Part shown: piece after piece, positions 54,354 through 62,161 of the stretch
Layout of the letters: each line of letters begins with the position of its first letter
Numbering within the stretch: the first letter of the stretch is position 1
Assembly (NCBI GenBank): GCA_026129305.1
Contig: JAHCII010000001.1
Span: 90,270 to 154,269 of the forward strand
Direction: 5' to 3'
From: Anaerolineales bacterium
Lineage (GTDB): Bacteria; Chloroflexota; Anaerolineae; Anaerolineales; UBA11579
DNA length: 64,000 bases
Program-made: the position numbers and the translations under genes
The notes under the pieces: model-generated
The model's input: only the letters and a program-made list of their open reading frames with translations
What the model was told of the DNA's origin: nothing
The model's database searches: none

Positions 54354-55781
54354 TTAGTGGCGGTTGGCTACCGGCAGCACTACCGTAAACACCGAGCCTT
54401 TGCCCGGCTGAGAATCCACCCAAATCCGTCCGCCGTGGTTATCCACCACGGTCTTGACGATCGCCAGACCCAGCCCGGTACCCGGCAGGTCCGCCTGGGT
54501 ATTGCTGGCCCGGTAGAACTTGTCGAAAATGCGGCCTTGCTCCTCCAGTGGAATGCCGGGGCCGTTGTCAGCCACCTGCAAGATCACCTGATTGTCTTTC
54601 TCGCGCAAGGTGGCGCGCACGCGGCCGCCGGCGGGCGTGTACTTGAGGGCGTTGCCCAGCAGGTTGTCTGCCAGTTGGTGCAGCTGGGTGCGGCTGCCCA
54701 CCACGGCGGGCAGGCCGGGCGCCACTTGAACTTCGATCGTCATCCCTTTGTCCTGGGCGGTGGATTGCGTATCGCGCGCCACGTTGGCCAGCACCTGGTT
54801 CATGTCCACTGCGGCGTGCTCATCCAAGTCAGCCACTTCCACGCGGCTGAGCTTGAGCAGGTCATCGATCAGGCCGGTGGTGGCGTGCACACTGGCTTTG
54901 ACGCGCTGGATGAAGTCCGACTGCTGCGGATTGACCTCACCCGAGCGTTCGATCAGCTCGACATAGCCTAAAATGGCGGTCAGCGGGGAACGCAGATCAT
55001 GCGACACCGTGTTGACGAAGTCGCCTTTGAGTTTGTCCAGCTCTTTAAAGTGGCTGACATCATGCAAGCTCAGCACCCGGCCCACGCTGGGCAAGTCTGC
55101 CAGCCGCAGGTGGAAGACGCGGCCCTGGGAGTTTTCCACTTCGTAGCGTTCCAGCGGCTCAGCGGCGGCCAGCGCCTCGGCGAAGCCGGGCAGGTTGAGC
55201 ACCTGGCCCACCGGGTGGCCGGTCAGGTCACCCCCTCCCAGATCGAAGGTGTGGCGCAGGGCCTGGTTAACCATCAGTATCCGGCCCTGTTGGTCCAGTA
55301 GCATCAGGCCGTCGTTGGCCTGGCTGAGGATGGTTTCCATCTCCGAGGCGCGACGGCTGAGGGCGCCGGTCTCCCGGCGCAGCCAGCGGTTCCATTGCTG
55401 GCGCTGCTGCTCGGCCTGCTGCAAGGCCGCCTGCACCTGGGTCGCCTGCAAAGGCAGGCTGAGCACATCGCTGACCCCGGCCTGCAGGGCGCGGCGCAGC
55501 AGTTCCGGCGTCGGGTGGGCGGCAGCCAGCAAGACCGGCACGTTGGGGTGCTCGGCGCGCAGGTGGGCCAGCGCGTTGAAGCCGTCGCCGGCCAGGTCGG
55601 CATCCATTAGCAGGACATCTGGGCGCGTATTGGCTTGAAATGCCGAAGAGATCGACACATCATCCCCCAGAAAAACAACCGAGACCCCCAATGGCGCAAA
55701 AATCTCACTGGCCGCTTGCTGGGCAAGCGCCATATCTTTGATTGCCAGGAGAAGTCGTTGAGCCACAGTCCCGCGAATCAT
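54354..55781 (-). CDS. Histidine kinase with N-terminal atypical receiver domain and PAS
   Basis: REC-like region 'VLLMDADLAG...PVLLAAAH...GVSDVLSLPL': the acceptor Asp is present, but Ala and Leu stand where Thr/Ser and Lys are expected. H-box 'VSHDLRSPLTAI', N-box 'NLLGNALKYT', G-box 'DNGPGI..GTGLGLAIV'. Confidence 0.8.
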   Translation of the reverse strand: MIRGTVAQRLLLAIKDMALAQQAASEIFAPLGVSVVFLGDDVSISSAFQANTRPDVLLMDADLAGDGFNALAHLRAEHPNVPVLLAAAHPTPELLRRALQAGVSDVLSLPLQATQVQAALQQAEQQRQQWNRWLRRETGALSRRASEMETILSQANDGLMLLDQQGRILMVNQALRHTFDLGGGDLTGHPVGQVLNLPGFAEALAAAEPLERYEVENSQGRVFHLRLADLPSVGRVLSLHDVSHFKELDKLKGDFVNTVSHDLRSPLTAILGYVELIERSGEVNPQQSDFIQRVKASVHATTGLIDDLLKLSRVEVADLDEHAAVDMNQVLANVARDTQSTAQDKGMTIEVQVAPGLPAVVGSRTQLHQLADNLLGNALKYTPAGGRVRATLREKDNQVILQVADNGPGIPLEEQGRIFDKFYRASNTQADLPGTGLGLAIVKTVVDNHGGRIWVDSQPGKGSVFTVVLPVANRH

Positions 55782-55827
55782 AGCATGGCTTGGCTGTTAG
55801 AGTTGTATTAAACCTGAGCCCGGGCGA

Positions 55828-55855
55828 TTGACTCCCCCCTGAGGCGACATACAAT
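55828..55855 (+). promoter_or_regulatory. Sigma-70-type promoter (TTGACT-16-TACAAT) for the J-protein gene
   Basis: TTGACT at 55828-55833 and TACAAT at 55850-55855, about 17 nt upstream of the ATG at 55873. Confidence 0.55.
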
Positions 55856-55872
55856 AATTTTGTTGCTTTCCT

Positions 55873-56778
55873 ATGGACTATAAAGACTATTACCAAATTC
55901 TGGGAGTGGAACGGGGCGCCAGCCAGGATGAAATCAAGAAGGCCTATCGCAAACTGGCTTTGCAATATCATCCCGACCACAACCCTGACGACAAGACCGC
56001 GGAGGACAAGTTCAAAGACATCAATGAGGCCTACCAGGTGCTCAGCGATGCAGACAAACGCGCCCATTACGATCGGCTGGGCAGCGAATACAGCCAGTGG
56101 CAGGGCCAAGGTGCGCCGAGTGGCGGCTTCGACTGGAGCCAATGGCGCAGTGGCGGCCCGGGCGGAGTGCATGTGGAGTACGGCAACGCCGAAGACTTGT
56201 TCGGCGGCGGCTTTTCCGACTTTTTCCAGCAGATCTTCGGCGGCATGGGCGGCTTTGCGGGTGGCGACGCCCGTCGCGGCGCAGCCCGCCGGCCGGCCGC
56301 TTATGAGCAGCCGGTCAGCGTCAGCCTGGAAGAGGCTTATCGCGGCGCCAGCCGCCTGCTTCAGTTGGACGGCAAGCGCCTGGAAGTGAAAATTCCGGCC
56401 GGCGCCAAGACCGGCACCAAAGTGCGCATGGCTGGGGCCGGCCCAGCCCAAAGCGATATTTACCTGGTGGTTGACGTAGCAGCAGACCCGCGCTTCACGC
56501 GCCAGGGCAATCATCTGTACACAGATGTGGACACCGACCTGTATACTGCCGTATTGGGCGGTGAGGTGCGGGTGCCCACCCTGGACGGCACAGTACTGCT
56601 CAAAGTGCCCGCCGGTTCGCAGCCCGGGCAGGCCATTCGCCTCAAAGGCAAGGGCATGCCGCAGATGCGCGGCAAAGAGCGCGGCGACTTGTTCGCCCGG
56701 CTCAAAGTGCGCCTGCCCAAGAACCTCAGCGCCGAGCAGCGTGAGCTGTTTGAACGGCTTGCCGAGAGCGAGAAGTAA
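55873..56778 (+). CDS. J-domain co-chaperone lacking the zinc-finger domain (CbpA-like DnaJ)
   Basis: 'DYYQILGV', 'HPDHN', a G/F-rich region and DnaJ C-terminal domains. No CxxCxGxG repeats. Confidence 0.85.
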   Translation: MDYKDYYQILGVERGASQDEIKKAYRKLALQYHPDHNPDDKTAEDKFKDINEAYQVLSDADKRAHYDRLGSEYSQWQGQGAPSGGFDWSQWRSGGPGGVHVEYGNAEDLFGGGFSDFFQQIFGGMGGFAGGDARRGAARRPAAYEQPVSVSLEEAYRGASRLLQLDGKRLEVKIPAGAKTGTKVRMAGAGPAQSDIYLVVDVAADPRFTRQGNHLYTDVDTDLYTAVLGGEVRVPTLDGTVLLKVPAGSQPGQAIRLKGKGMPQMRGKERGDLFARLKVRLPKNLSAEQRELFERLAESEK

Positions 56779-56803
56779 TCACCCAGAAAGGACACGATTG
56801 TCC

Positions 56804-57946
56804 ATGAAGAAGACCGTTCGCCCCATCCTGTTGCTGCTCGGCCTGCTGGTGCTCACCAGCCTGGCCTGCCGGCTGCCGATCAGCGAGCTGAGCGCCCTGC
56901 TCCCGCAGTCAGGCGCGCCGGTTGCCGAAGCCGAGGCGCCCAGCCTGCTGGCCACGGCCGCCATCCCCGTTTCGATTGAAATGCTGGACCAGCAAGAAGC
57001 GCTGGTCTTGCTCTACCAGGCAGTCAGCCCGGGCGTGGTATCGATCACTACCCTATCGGACCTGGGCAGCGGCCAGGGCTCCGGGTTTGTTTATGACACT
57101 CAGGGCCACATCGTCACTAACTACCACGTCATCCAAGGCGCCTCCTACCTGGAGGTGGCCTTCCCCAGCGGCCTGAAGGCGGTGGGGCGCGTGATTGGCG
57201 AAGACCGCGACTCGGACCTGGCAGTGGTCAAGGTGGATGTGGATGCCGCCGAGCTGCATCCGCTGGCTGTGGGCGATTCGGACGCTTTGCTGGTCGGCCA
57301 GTCCGTGATCGCGATCGGCAATCCCTTTGGCTTGCAGGGCAGCATGAGCACCGGCATCGTCTCCAGCCTGGGACGCTCGATGGAGTCGATGAACCAGGCC
57401 GCGGAGGGCGGTGTGTACAGCGCCGGCGACCTGATCCAAACCGACGCGGCGATCAACCCGGGCAATTCGGGCGGCCCGCTGCTGAACCTGCAGGGCGAGG
57501 TGGTGGGCATTAACCGCGCCATCCGCACTTACAGCTCCACGCAGGATGGCAGCGCGCTCAACTCCGGCATTGGTTTCGCCATCTCCAGCAACATCGTCAA
57601 GCGTGTGGTGCCCAGCCTGATCAGCCAGGGACACTTTGACTATCCCTACCTGGGAATCAGCAGCAACTCCAACCTGACCCTGGCCGAAGCCGAGCAGCTG
57701 GGCATCAACCGCACCGACGGCTCTCTGATCGCCCGGGTCACTCCCGGCGGCCCGGCCGCCGAAGCGGGCGTGCAGGCCGGCGACTTCATCATCGCCATCG
57801 ACGGCCTCAGCATCAAAAGCTTCGATGACTTGATCTCCTATCTCTTCCGCCAAAAGAGCCCGGGTGAAACCGTGAGGCTCACGGTGCTGCGCTCCGGGAC
57901 AGAATTAGAGATCGACTTGGTGCTGGGCAGCCGCCCCCGCCAATAA
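56804..57946 (+). CDS. HtrA/DegP-family serine protease with PDZ domain
   Basis: ATG at 56804 with signal 'ILLLLGLLVLTSLAC'. Catalytic triad contexts 'TNYHVI', 'DSDLAVVKV' and 'GNSGGPL'. C-terminal PDZ 'GVQAGDFIIAIDG'. Confidence 0.9.
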   Translation: MKKTVRPILLLLGLLVLTSLACRLPISELSALLPQSGAPVAEAEAPSLLATAAIPVSIEMLDQQEALVLLYQAVSPGVVSITTLSDLGSGQGSGFVYDTQGHIVTNYHVIQGASYLEVAFPSGLKAVGRVIGEDRDSDLAVVKVDVDAAELHPLAVGDSDALLVGQSVIAIGNPFGLQGSMSTGIVSSLGRSMESMNQAAEGGVYSAGDLIQTDAAINPGNSGGPLLNLQGEVVGINRAIRTYSSTQDGSALNSGIGFAISSNIVKRVVPSLISQGHFDYPYLGISSNSNLTLAEAEQLGINRTDGSLIARVTPGGPAAEAGVQAGDFIIAIDGLSIKSFDDLISYLFRQKSPGETVRLTVLRSGTELEIDLVLGSRPRQ

Positions 57947-57960
57947 GCCCTCTGCGCAAT

Positions 57961-57991
57961 AAAAAGCCGCTCAAATTGAGCGGCTTTTTTT
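57961..57991. terminator. Bidirectional intrinsic terminator (htrA / ftsK convergent)
   Basis: 'AAAAAGCCGCTCAAATTGAGCGGCTTTTTTT'. Confidence 0.85.
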
Positions 57992-57992
57992 C

Positions 57993-60272
57993 TTAGTCCT
58001 CGCCCACGGGCGGAGCAGCCTGGCCGTAGTCCAGCACCTCCCGGTGCTGGGCCCCGGTCTTGGCCGGGCCGATGATGCCGCGCGCCTCCATCTGCTCGAT
58101 GATGCGCGCTGAGCGCGTATAACCGATGCCCATGCGGCGCTGCAGCATGGAAATCGAGGCCCGCCCGCGGCGGCGCACCAAGTCCACCGCTTCGACAAAC
58201 AGCGGGTCCTGGTCAGCCTCCTCCTGGATCTGCTCGATCTCTTCCCAAATCGGGATCTGCTTCAGCGGCGCGCCCTGCGCCGGGGCGTCGCTCATCTGCG
58301 GGATGCCCTGCGGCGTTTGCGAAGCAGGCGCACTACCAGCAAAAGCGCGCCAATGGTTGACGATGCGCAAGATCTCGCTCTCGGCCAAATAGACACCCTG
58401 CAAGCGCACCGGGGCCGGGGCGTCGGGCGGCTGGAAGAGCATGTCGCCGCGGCCCAGCAGGCGGTCGGCGCCGGGCTGGTCCAAAATCACACGGCTGTCC
58501 GTGCTGGAGGCTACAGCAAAGGCGATGCGCGCCGGGAAGTTGGCTTTGATCAGCCCGGTAACCACATCCACTGAGGGGCGCTGGGTGGAGAGGATCAGAT
58601 GCATCCCGGTGGCGCGTGCCAACTGAGCCATGCGGGCCAGCAGGCGTTCGGTCTGGTCAGGGGCCACCATCATCAGGTCGGCCAGCTCGTCGATCACCAG
58701 CACCATGTACGGCAGTTTCTCGCCGCCCTGTTCGGCCATGCGGGCGTTGTAGTCTTTGATGTGGCGGGCGCCGATCTTGGCGAAGGCTTGGTAGCGCTTG
58801 TCCATCTCCGCCGTGGCCCACTGCAATACGCCGACCACACGGTCCAGTTCCACCACCACCGGGAAGCGCAAATGCGGAATGCCGTTGTAACCGGTCAGTT
58901 CCACGCGTTTGGGGTCGACCATGATCAGGCGCAGTGTCTCCGGCGTATTGTTGAGCAGCAGGCAGCAGATCAAAGCGTTGACGCAAACCGATTTGCCGGA
59001 GCCGGTGGCGCCGGCCACCAGCAGGTGCGGCATGCCGGCCAAATCCGCCGCCACCGCCTGGCCGGCCACGTCCTGCCCCAGGGCGAAGCGCAGCGGTGAG
59101 CTCATGCGCTGGAAGGCGTCGCTCTCCATCACATCGCGCATCGCCACCGTGGCAATCTGCTCATTGGGCACCTCAATGCCCACATAGCCTTTTCCGGGCA
59201 CAGGGGCCTGGATGCGGATGCGCGAGGCGGCCAGGGCCAGGGCCAGGTCGTCTGCCAGGGCGGCGATCTTGCCCACCCGCACCCGAGTGCGCCCGCCGCG
59301 CGTCTCTACAAATTCGGGTTCCACGCCAAATTGGGTAATGGTCGGGCCGCGGTGGATCTCCACCACGCGGGCCGGAGCGCCAAAAGAGCGCAATGTCTCT
59401 TCAATGTTGGCGGCGCGCTGATTGTCCAGGTTGGCGTTGTAACTCAGCTTATCGCCGAGATCGAGCATATCGGCCAGGGTGGGCAGCACCCAAACCGGCT
59501 GCTCGTCCTTGTCTTCCAGCACATCCGGTGCCTCGGCGAATTCATCTGCCTGTTCCGCTGGCCCGCCGGGCGGGCCCATCAACGGCTCTGGCAGGCCCTC
59601 CTCAGCAGCCAACGGTTCCAGGGGATCTGGCGCATAGTCCAACTCAGGCGCGTAGTCGGGGTAGGCTGCACCGCCTGCCCGACGTTCGGCGCGGCGCGCC
59701 TGGCGGGCCTGCCAGACTTGCAAGGCGTCTTCCAATAGATTGAATAATGAGACTTCAAAGGTCAGCGACAAGGCGATCAGCAAGCCCGCCAGGGCCGCCA
59801 CCCACAAGCCCACTTCGCCCAGCCCGTTGGCCAGCCAGCCGGTCAGCGCGGCGCCCAGCCGCCCGCCCTCGGCGCTCAGCACCTGCAGCCAGACCAGCGT
59901 GGTGAAGAAGAGCAGGGCCGCCCCCAGCAGGCGGCGAGCGCGCAGCGGCGGAATGCGCTCAAAACGGCGCAGCACCAGCCAAACGCCCAGCAGCACCAGG
60001 CCGCCCAGGAAGACATACAGGCCCCAGCCCAGCAGCTGCCGCCAAAGAACCAACCAGGCCGCGCCAAACCCACCCGGCTCAACGGTCAGATCCAGCAGCA
60101 GGGTCAGGCCGCCGAACAAAGCCAGCAGGATACCCAGGGCGTCTAGCTTGCGATCCGGCGAAATGCGGTACCAAAATTCCAAAAGAGCCGTGAACAAGTC
60201 TGGGCTGGAAGCGCTGCTGCGCTTCTTGCGCGGGGTGCTTTTGCGTTTTGCCATTGGGCGCGAGTATAGCAT
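57993..60272 (-). CDS. ftsK: DNA translocase FtsK/SpoIIIE
   Basis: N-terminal TM helices, an acidic linker, the motor domain 'VAGATGSGKSVCVNALI', 'LVIDELADLM', and a C-terminal winged-helix gamma domain 'ASISMLQRRMGIGYTRSARIIEQME'. Confidence 0.95.
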   Translation of the reverse strand: MLYSRPMAKRKSTPRKKRSSASSPDLFTALLEFWYRISPDRKLDALGILLALFGGLTLLLDLTVEPGGFGAAWLVLWRQLLGWGLYVFLGGLVLLGVWLVLRRFERIPPLRARRLLGAALLFFTTLVWLQVLSAEGGRLGAALTGWLANGLGEVGLWVAALAGLLIALSLTFEVSLFNLLEDALQVWQARQARRAERRAGGAAYPDYAPELDYAPDPLEPLAAEEGLPEPLMGPPGGPAEQADEFAEAPDVLEDKDEQPVWVLPTLADMLDLGDKLSYNANLDNQRAANIEETLRSFGAPARVVEIHRGPTITQFGVEPEFVETRGGRTRVRVGKIAALADDLALALAASRIRIQAPVPGKGYVGIEVPNEQIATVAMRDVMESDAFQRMSSPLRFALGQDVAGQAVAADLAGMPHLLVAGATGSGKSVCVNALICCLLLNNTPETLRLIMVDPKRVELTGYNGIPHLRFPVVVELDRVVGVLQWATAEMDKRYQAFAKIGARHIKDYNARMAEQGGEKLPYMVLVIDELADLMMVAPDQTERLLARMAQLARATGMHLILSTQRPSVDVVTGLIKANFPARIAFAVASSTDSRVILDQPGADRLLGRGDMLFQPPDAPAPVRLQGVYLAESEILRIVNHWRAFAGSAPASQTPQGIPQMSDAPAQGAPLKQIPIWEEIEQIQEEADQDPLFVEAVDLVRRRGRASISMLQRRMGIGYTRSARIIEQMEARGIIGPAKTGAQHREVLDYGQAAPPVGED

Positions 60273-60394
60273 TTCAGCACTTAGGGATTAGTAATTAGGA
60301 ATCAGGAACAGGAAACGCAGTCAGCAATCAGGCAACCCTGATACCTGATTACTGATCCCCGTTACAATAAAGCCACTCCATACTCGAGGCCCCT

Positions 60395-61336
60395 TTGTTC
60401 GAATTCGTTTTCCTGGGTACATCCGCTTCAGCGCCTTCCGTGCACCGCGGCCTTTCGGCCCACATCATCAAACACAACGAGATGCGCTTCCTGGTCGACT
60501 GCGGCGAAGGCACCCAGCGCCAGATCTTGCGTTCCGGTCTGGGTTTCAAGCGCCTCAACCACATCCTGGTCACCCACGGCCATCTCGACCATATTCTGGG
60601 GTTGGCCGGGCTGTTCTCCACCTTCACCCGCTGGGAAACCTTGGAAGATATTGAGATCATGGCGGGCAAGTGGACCCTGGAGCGCATTGACGCGCTGCTT
60701 TACGGCGTGCGCGTGATCCCCAAGGGCAAGGGTCCGGTGAACGTCAGCCTGCGCGCCGTGCAGCCGGGCGTGATCTTCGAGGGCGACGACTTCGAGGTGC
60801 GCGCCTTTGCCGTCAGCCACCGCGGACCGGACTGCCTGGGCTTCGTCTTTGAGGAGCACGCCCGCCGCCCCTTCCTGCCGGAAAAGGCCGAAGCGCTGGG
60901 CGTGCCGCCCGGCCCACTGCGCCGCGACTTGGTCAACGGCCGGGCGGTGACGCTGGAGAACGGCACCGTGGTGCAGCCCGATCAGGTACTGGGTGATGAG
61001 GTCAAGGGCGCCAAACTGGTGCACATCGGCGACACCGGCCGCACCGACGATATTTTGGAGCACTGCCGGGATGCAGATGCCTTGGTGATCGAGGCCACCT
61101 ACCTGGAGGAGGAGCGCGAGATGGCCCGCGAATTCGCCCACCTGACCGCCCGCCAGTCCGCCGAGCTGGCGCGTGAGGCTGGCGTGGGCAAGCTGCTGTT
61201 GACCCATATTTCACGGCGCTACCGCGAGGGTGATGTATTGGCCGAGGCGCAGGCGGTATTCCCCAATACGCATGTGGCGCGTGACTTTGACGCCTTCCAG
61301 ATCAAGCGCGGGGAAGTGGCCAAGATAGAAAACTAG
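60395..61336 (+). CDS. rnz: Ribonuclease Z
   Basis: 'FLGTSASAPS', 'THGHLDHILG' (HxHxDH) and 'HISRRY'. TTG start. Confidence 0.9.
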   Translation: MFEFVFLGTSASAPSVHRGLSAHIIKHNEMRFLVDCGEGTQRQILRSGLGFKRLNHILVTHGHLDHILGLAGLFSTFTRWETLEDIEIMAGKWTLERIDALLYGVRVIPKGKGPVNVSLRAVQPGVIFEGDDFEVRAFAVSHRGPDCLGFVFEEHARRPFLPEKAEALGVPPGPLRRDLVNGRAVTLENGTVVQPDQVLGDEVKGAKLVHIGDTGRTDDILEHCRDADALVIEATYLEEEREMAREFAHLTARQSAELAREAGVGKLLLTHISRRYREGDVLAEAQAVFPNTHVARDFDAFQIKRGEVAKIEN

Positions 61337-61383
61337 CTTGATTTATCCAACATCCCCCAACCAGATGCGTTAACAATTAAAAC

Positions 61384-61410
61384 AAAGGTGGCCGAGTCTC
61401 GGCCACCTTT
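61384..61410. terminator. Bidirectional intrinsic terminator (rnz / DUF1761 convergent)
   Basis: 'AAAGGTGGCCGAGTCTCGGCCACCTTT' followed by 'att'. Confidence 0.8.
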
Positions 61411-61430
61411 ATTACATCGTATGACGTACC

Positions 61431-61838
61431 CTACATCGCGCCGATGATTAGGCCCATCACCGCAAAGACCAGCGTGTTGTAACCGGCGTTGATCAGCCAC
61501 AGCTTGAACGGTTTGCCCTCAAACAGATAGTTGACGCCGAAGGCCAGACCTACCCAGCACAGACCGGCCACCAGGCCGTAGCCCAGACCGGTCATGGCGC
61601 CGGCGCCGCGACCGATGAACATGGCGAAGGTAAAGGCCATGATCAGTTCCAAAACGAACGAGCCTCCCAGCAGGCGGCCCAGGTTGGGCGTCTCCTGAGT
61701 GCTGGCTTTGCCCTTGCCCTTGGAGCCCATGCCGATCAGTTCCTGCCAAGGCTTGGCGAAGATGATGGTGTACCAAAGAAAACCGAGGAAGAAAGCGGCC
61801 AGGGCGGCCAAAAATACTGCCAGATAATTGATATCCAT
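61431..61838 (-). CDS. DUF1761-family membrane protein
   Basis: 135 aa, four TM helices, 'MDINYLAVFLAALAAFFLGFLWYTIIFAKPW' N-terminus typical of the family. Confidence 0.7.
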   Translation of the reverse strand: MDINYLAVFLAALAAFFLGFLWYTIIFAKPWQELIGMGSKGKGKASTQETPNLGRLLGGSFVLELIMAFTFAMFIGRGAGAMTGLGYGLVAGLCWVGLAFGVNYLFEGKPFKLWLINAGYNTLVFAVMGLIIGAM

Positions 61839-61906
61839 TCGTTCTCCTTACAAACTTGCTTACGTGCTGTTTAGAACACAACCGGCCATCCCCAAGTTAC
61901 GCGGGT

Positions 61907-61935
61907 TTGACAGTCCATTTCCCGCGCGATATACT
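61907..61935 (+). promoter_or_regulatory. Near-consensus sigma-70 promoter (TTGACA-17-TATACT) for the metH leader
   Basis: TTGACA at 61907-61912, a 17-nt spacer, TATACT at 61930-61935. Confidence 0.7.
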
Positions 61936-62000
61936 CCGCTGACAATCAAATAAGTAGAGCTTGCGTAGCAAACTCTGAGCATTGCCCGGAGGGCAATGCA

Positions 62001-62096
62001 CTCATCCAGAGAGGTGGAGGGACCGGCCCTTTGAAGCCTCGGCAACCGCCGCAATGCGGCAGGTGCCAATTCCGGCAGATTGTTCTGAGAGATGAG
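62001..62096 (+). promoter_or_regulatory. SAM-I (S-box) riboswitch
   Basis: 'CTCATCCAGAGAGGTGGAGGGACCGGCCCTTTGAAGCCTCGGCAACCGCCGCAATGCGGCAGGTGCCAATTCCGGCAGATTGTTCTGAGAGATGAG' carries the S-box core (AGAGnGGnGGAGGGA, GGCCC..GAAGCC, GGCAACC, GGTGCCAATTCC, AGAGATGAG closing P1). Confidence 0.9.
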
Positions 62097-62117
62097 GCGA
62101 TGATTTCCGTACTACAC

Positions 62118-62142
62118 GTCGCCTCTCTACATGAGAGGCGAC
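62118..62142 (+). terminator. S-box expression-platform terminator
   Basis: GTCGCCTCTC-tacat-GAGAGGCGAC followed by ttcgctt (weak U-tract). The 5' arm TCGCCTC can pair with GAGGCGA at 62094-62100 to form the antiterminator. Confidence 0.7.
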
Positions 62143-62161
62143 TTCGCTTAAGTGAGAGACC

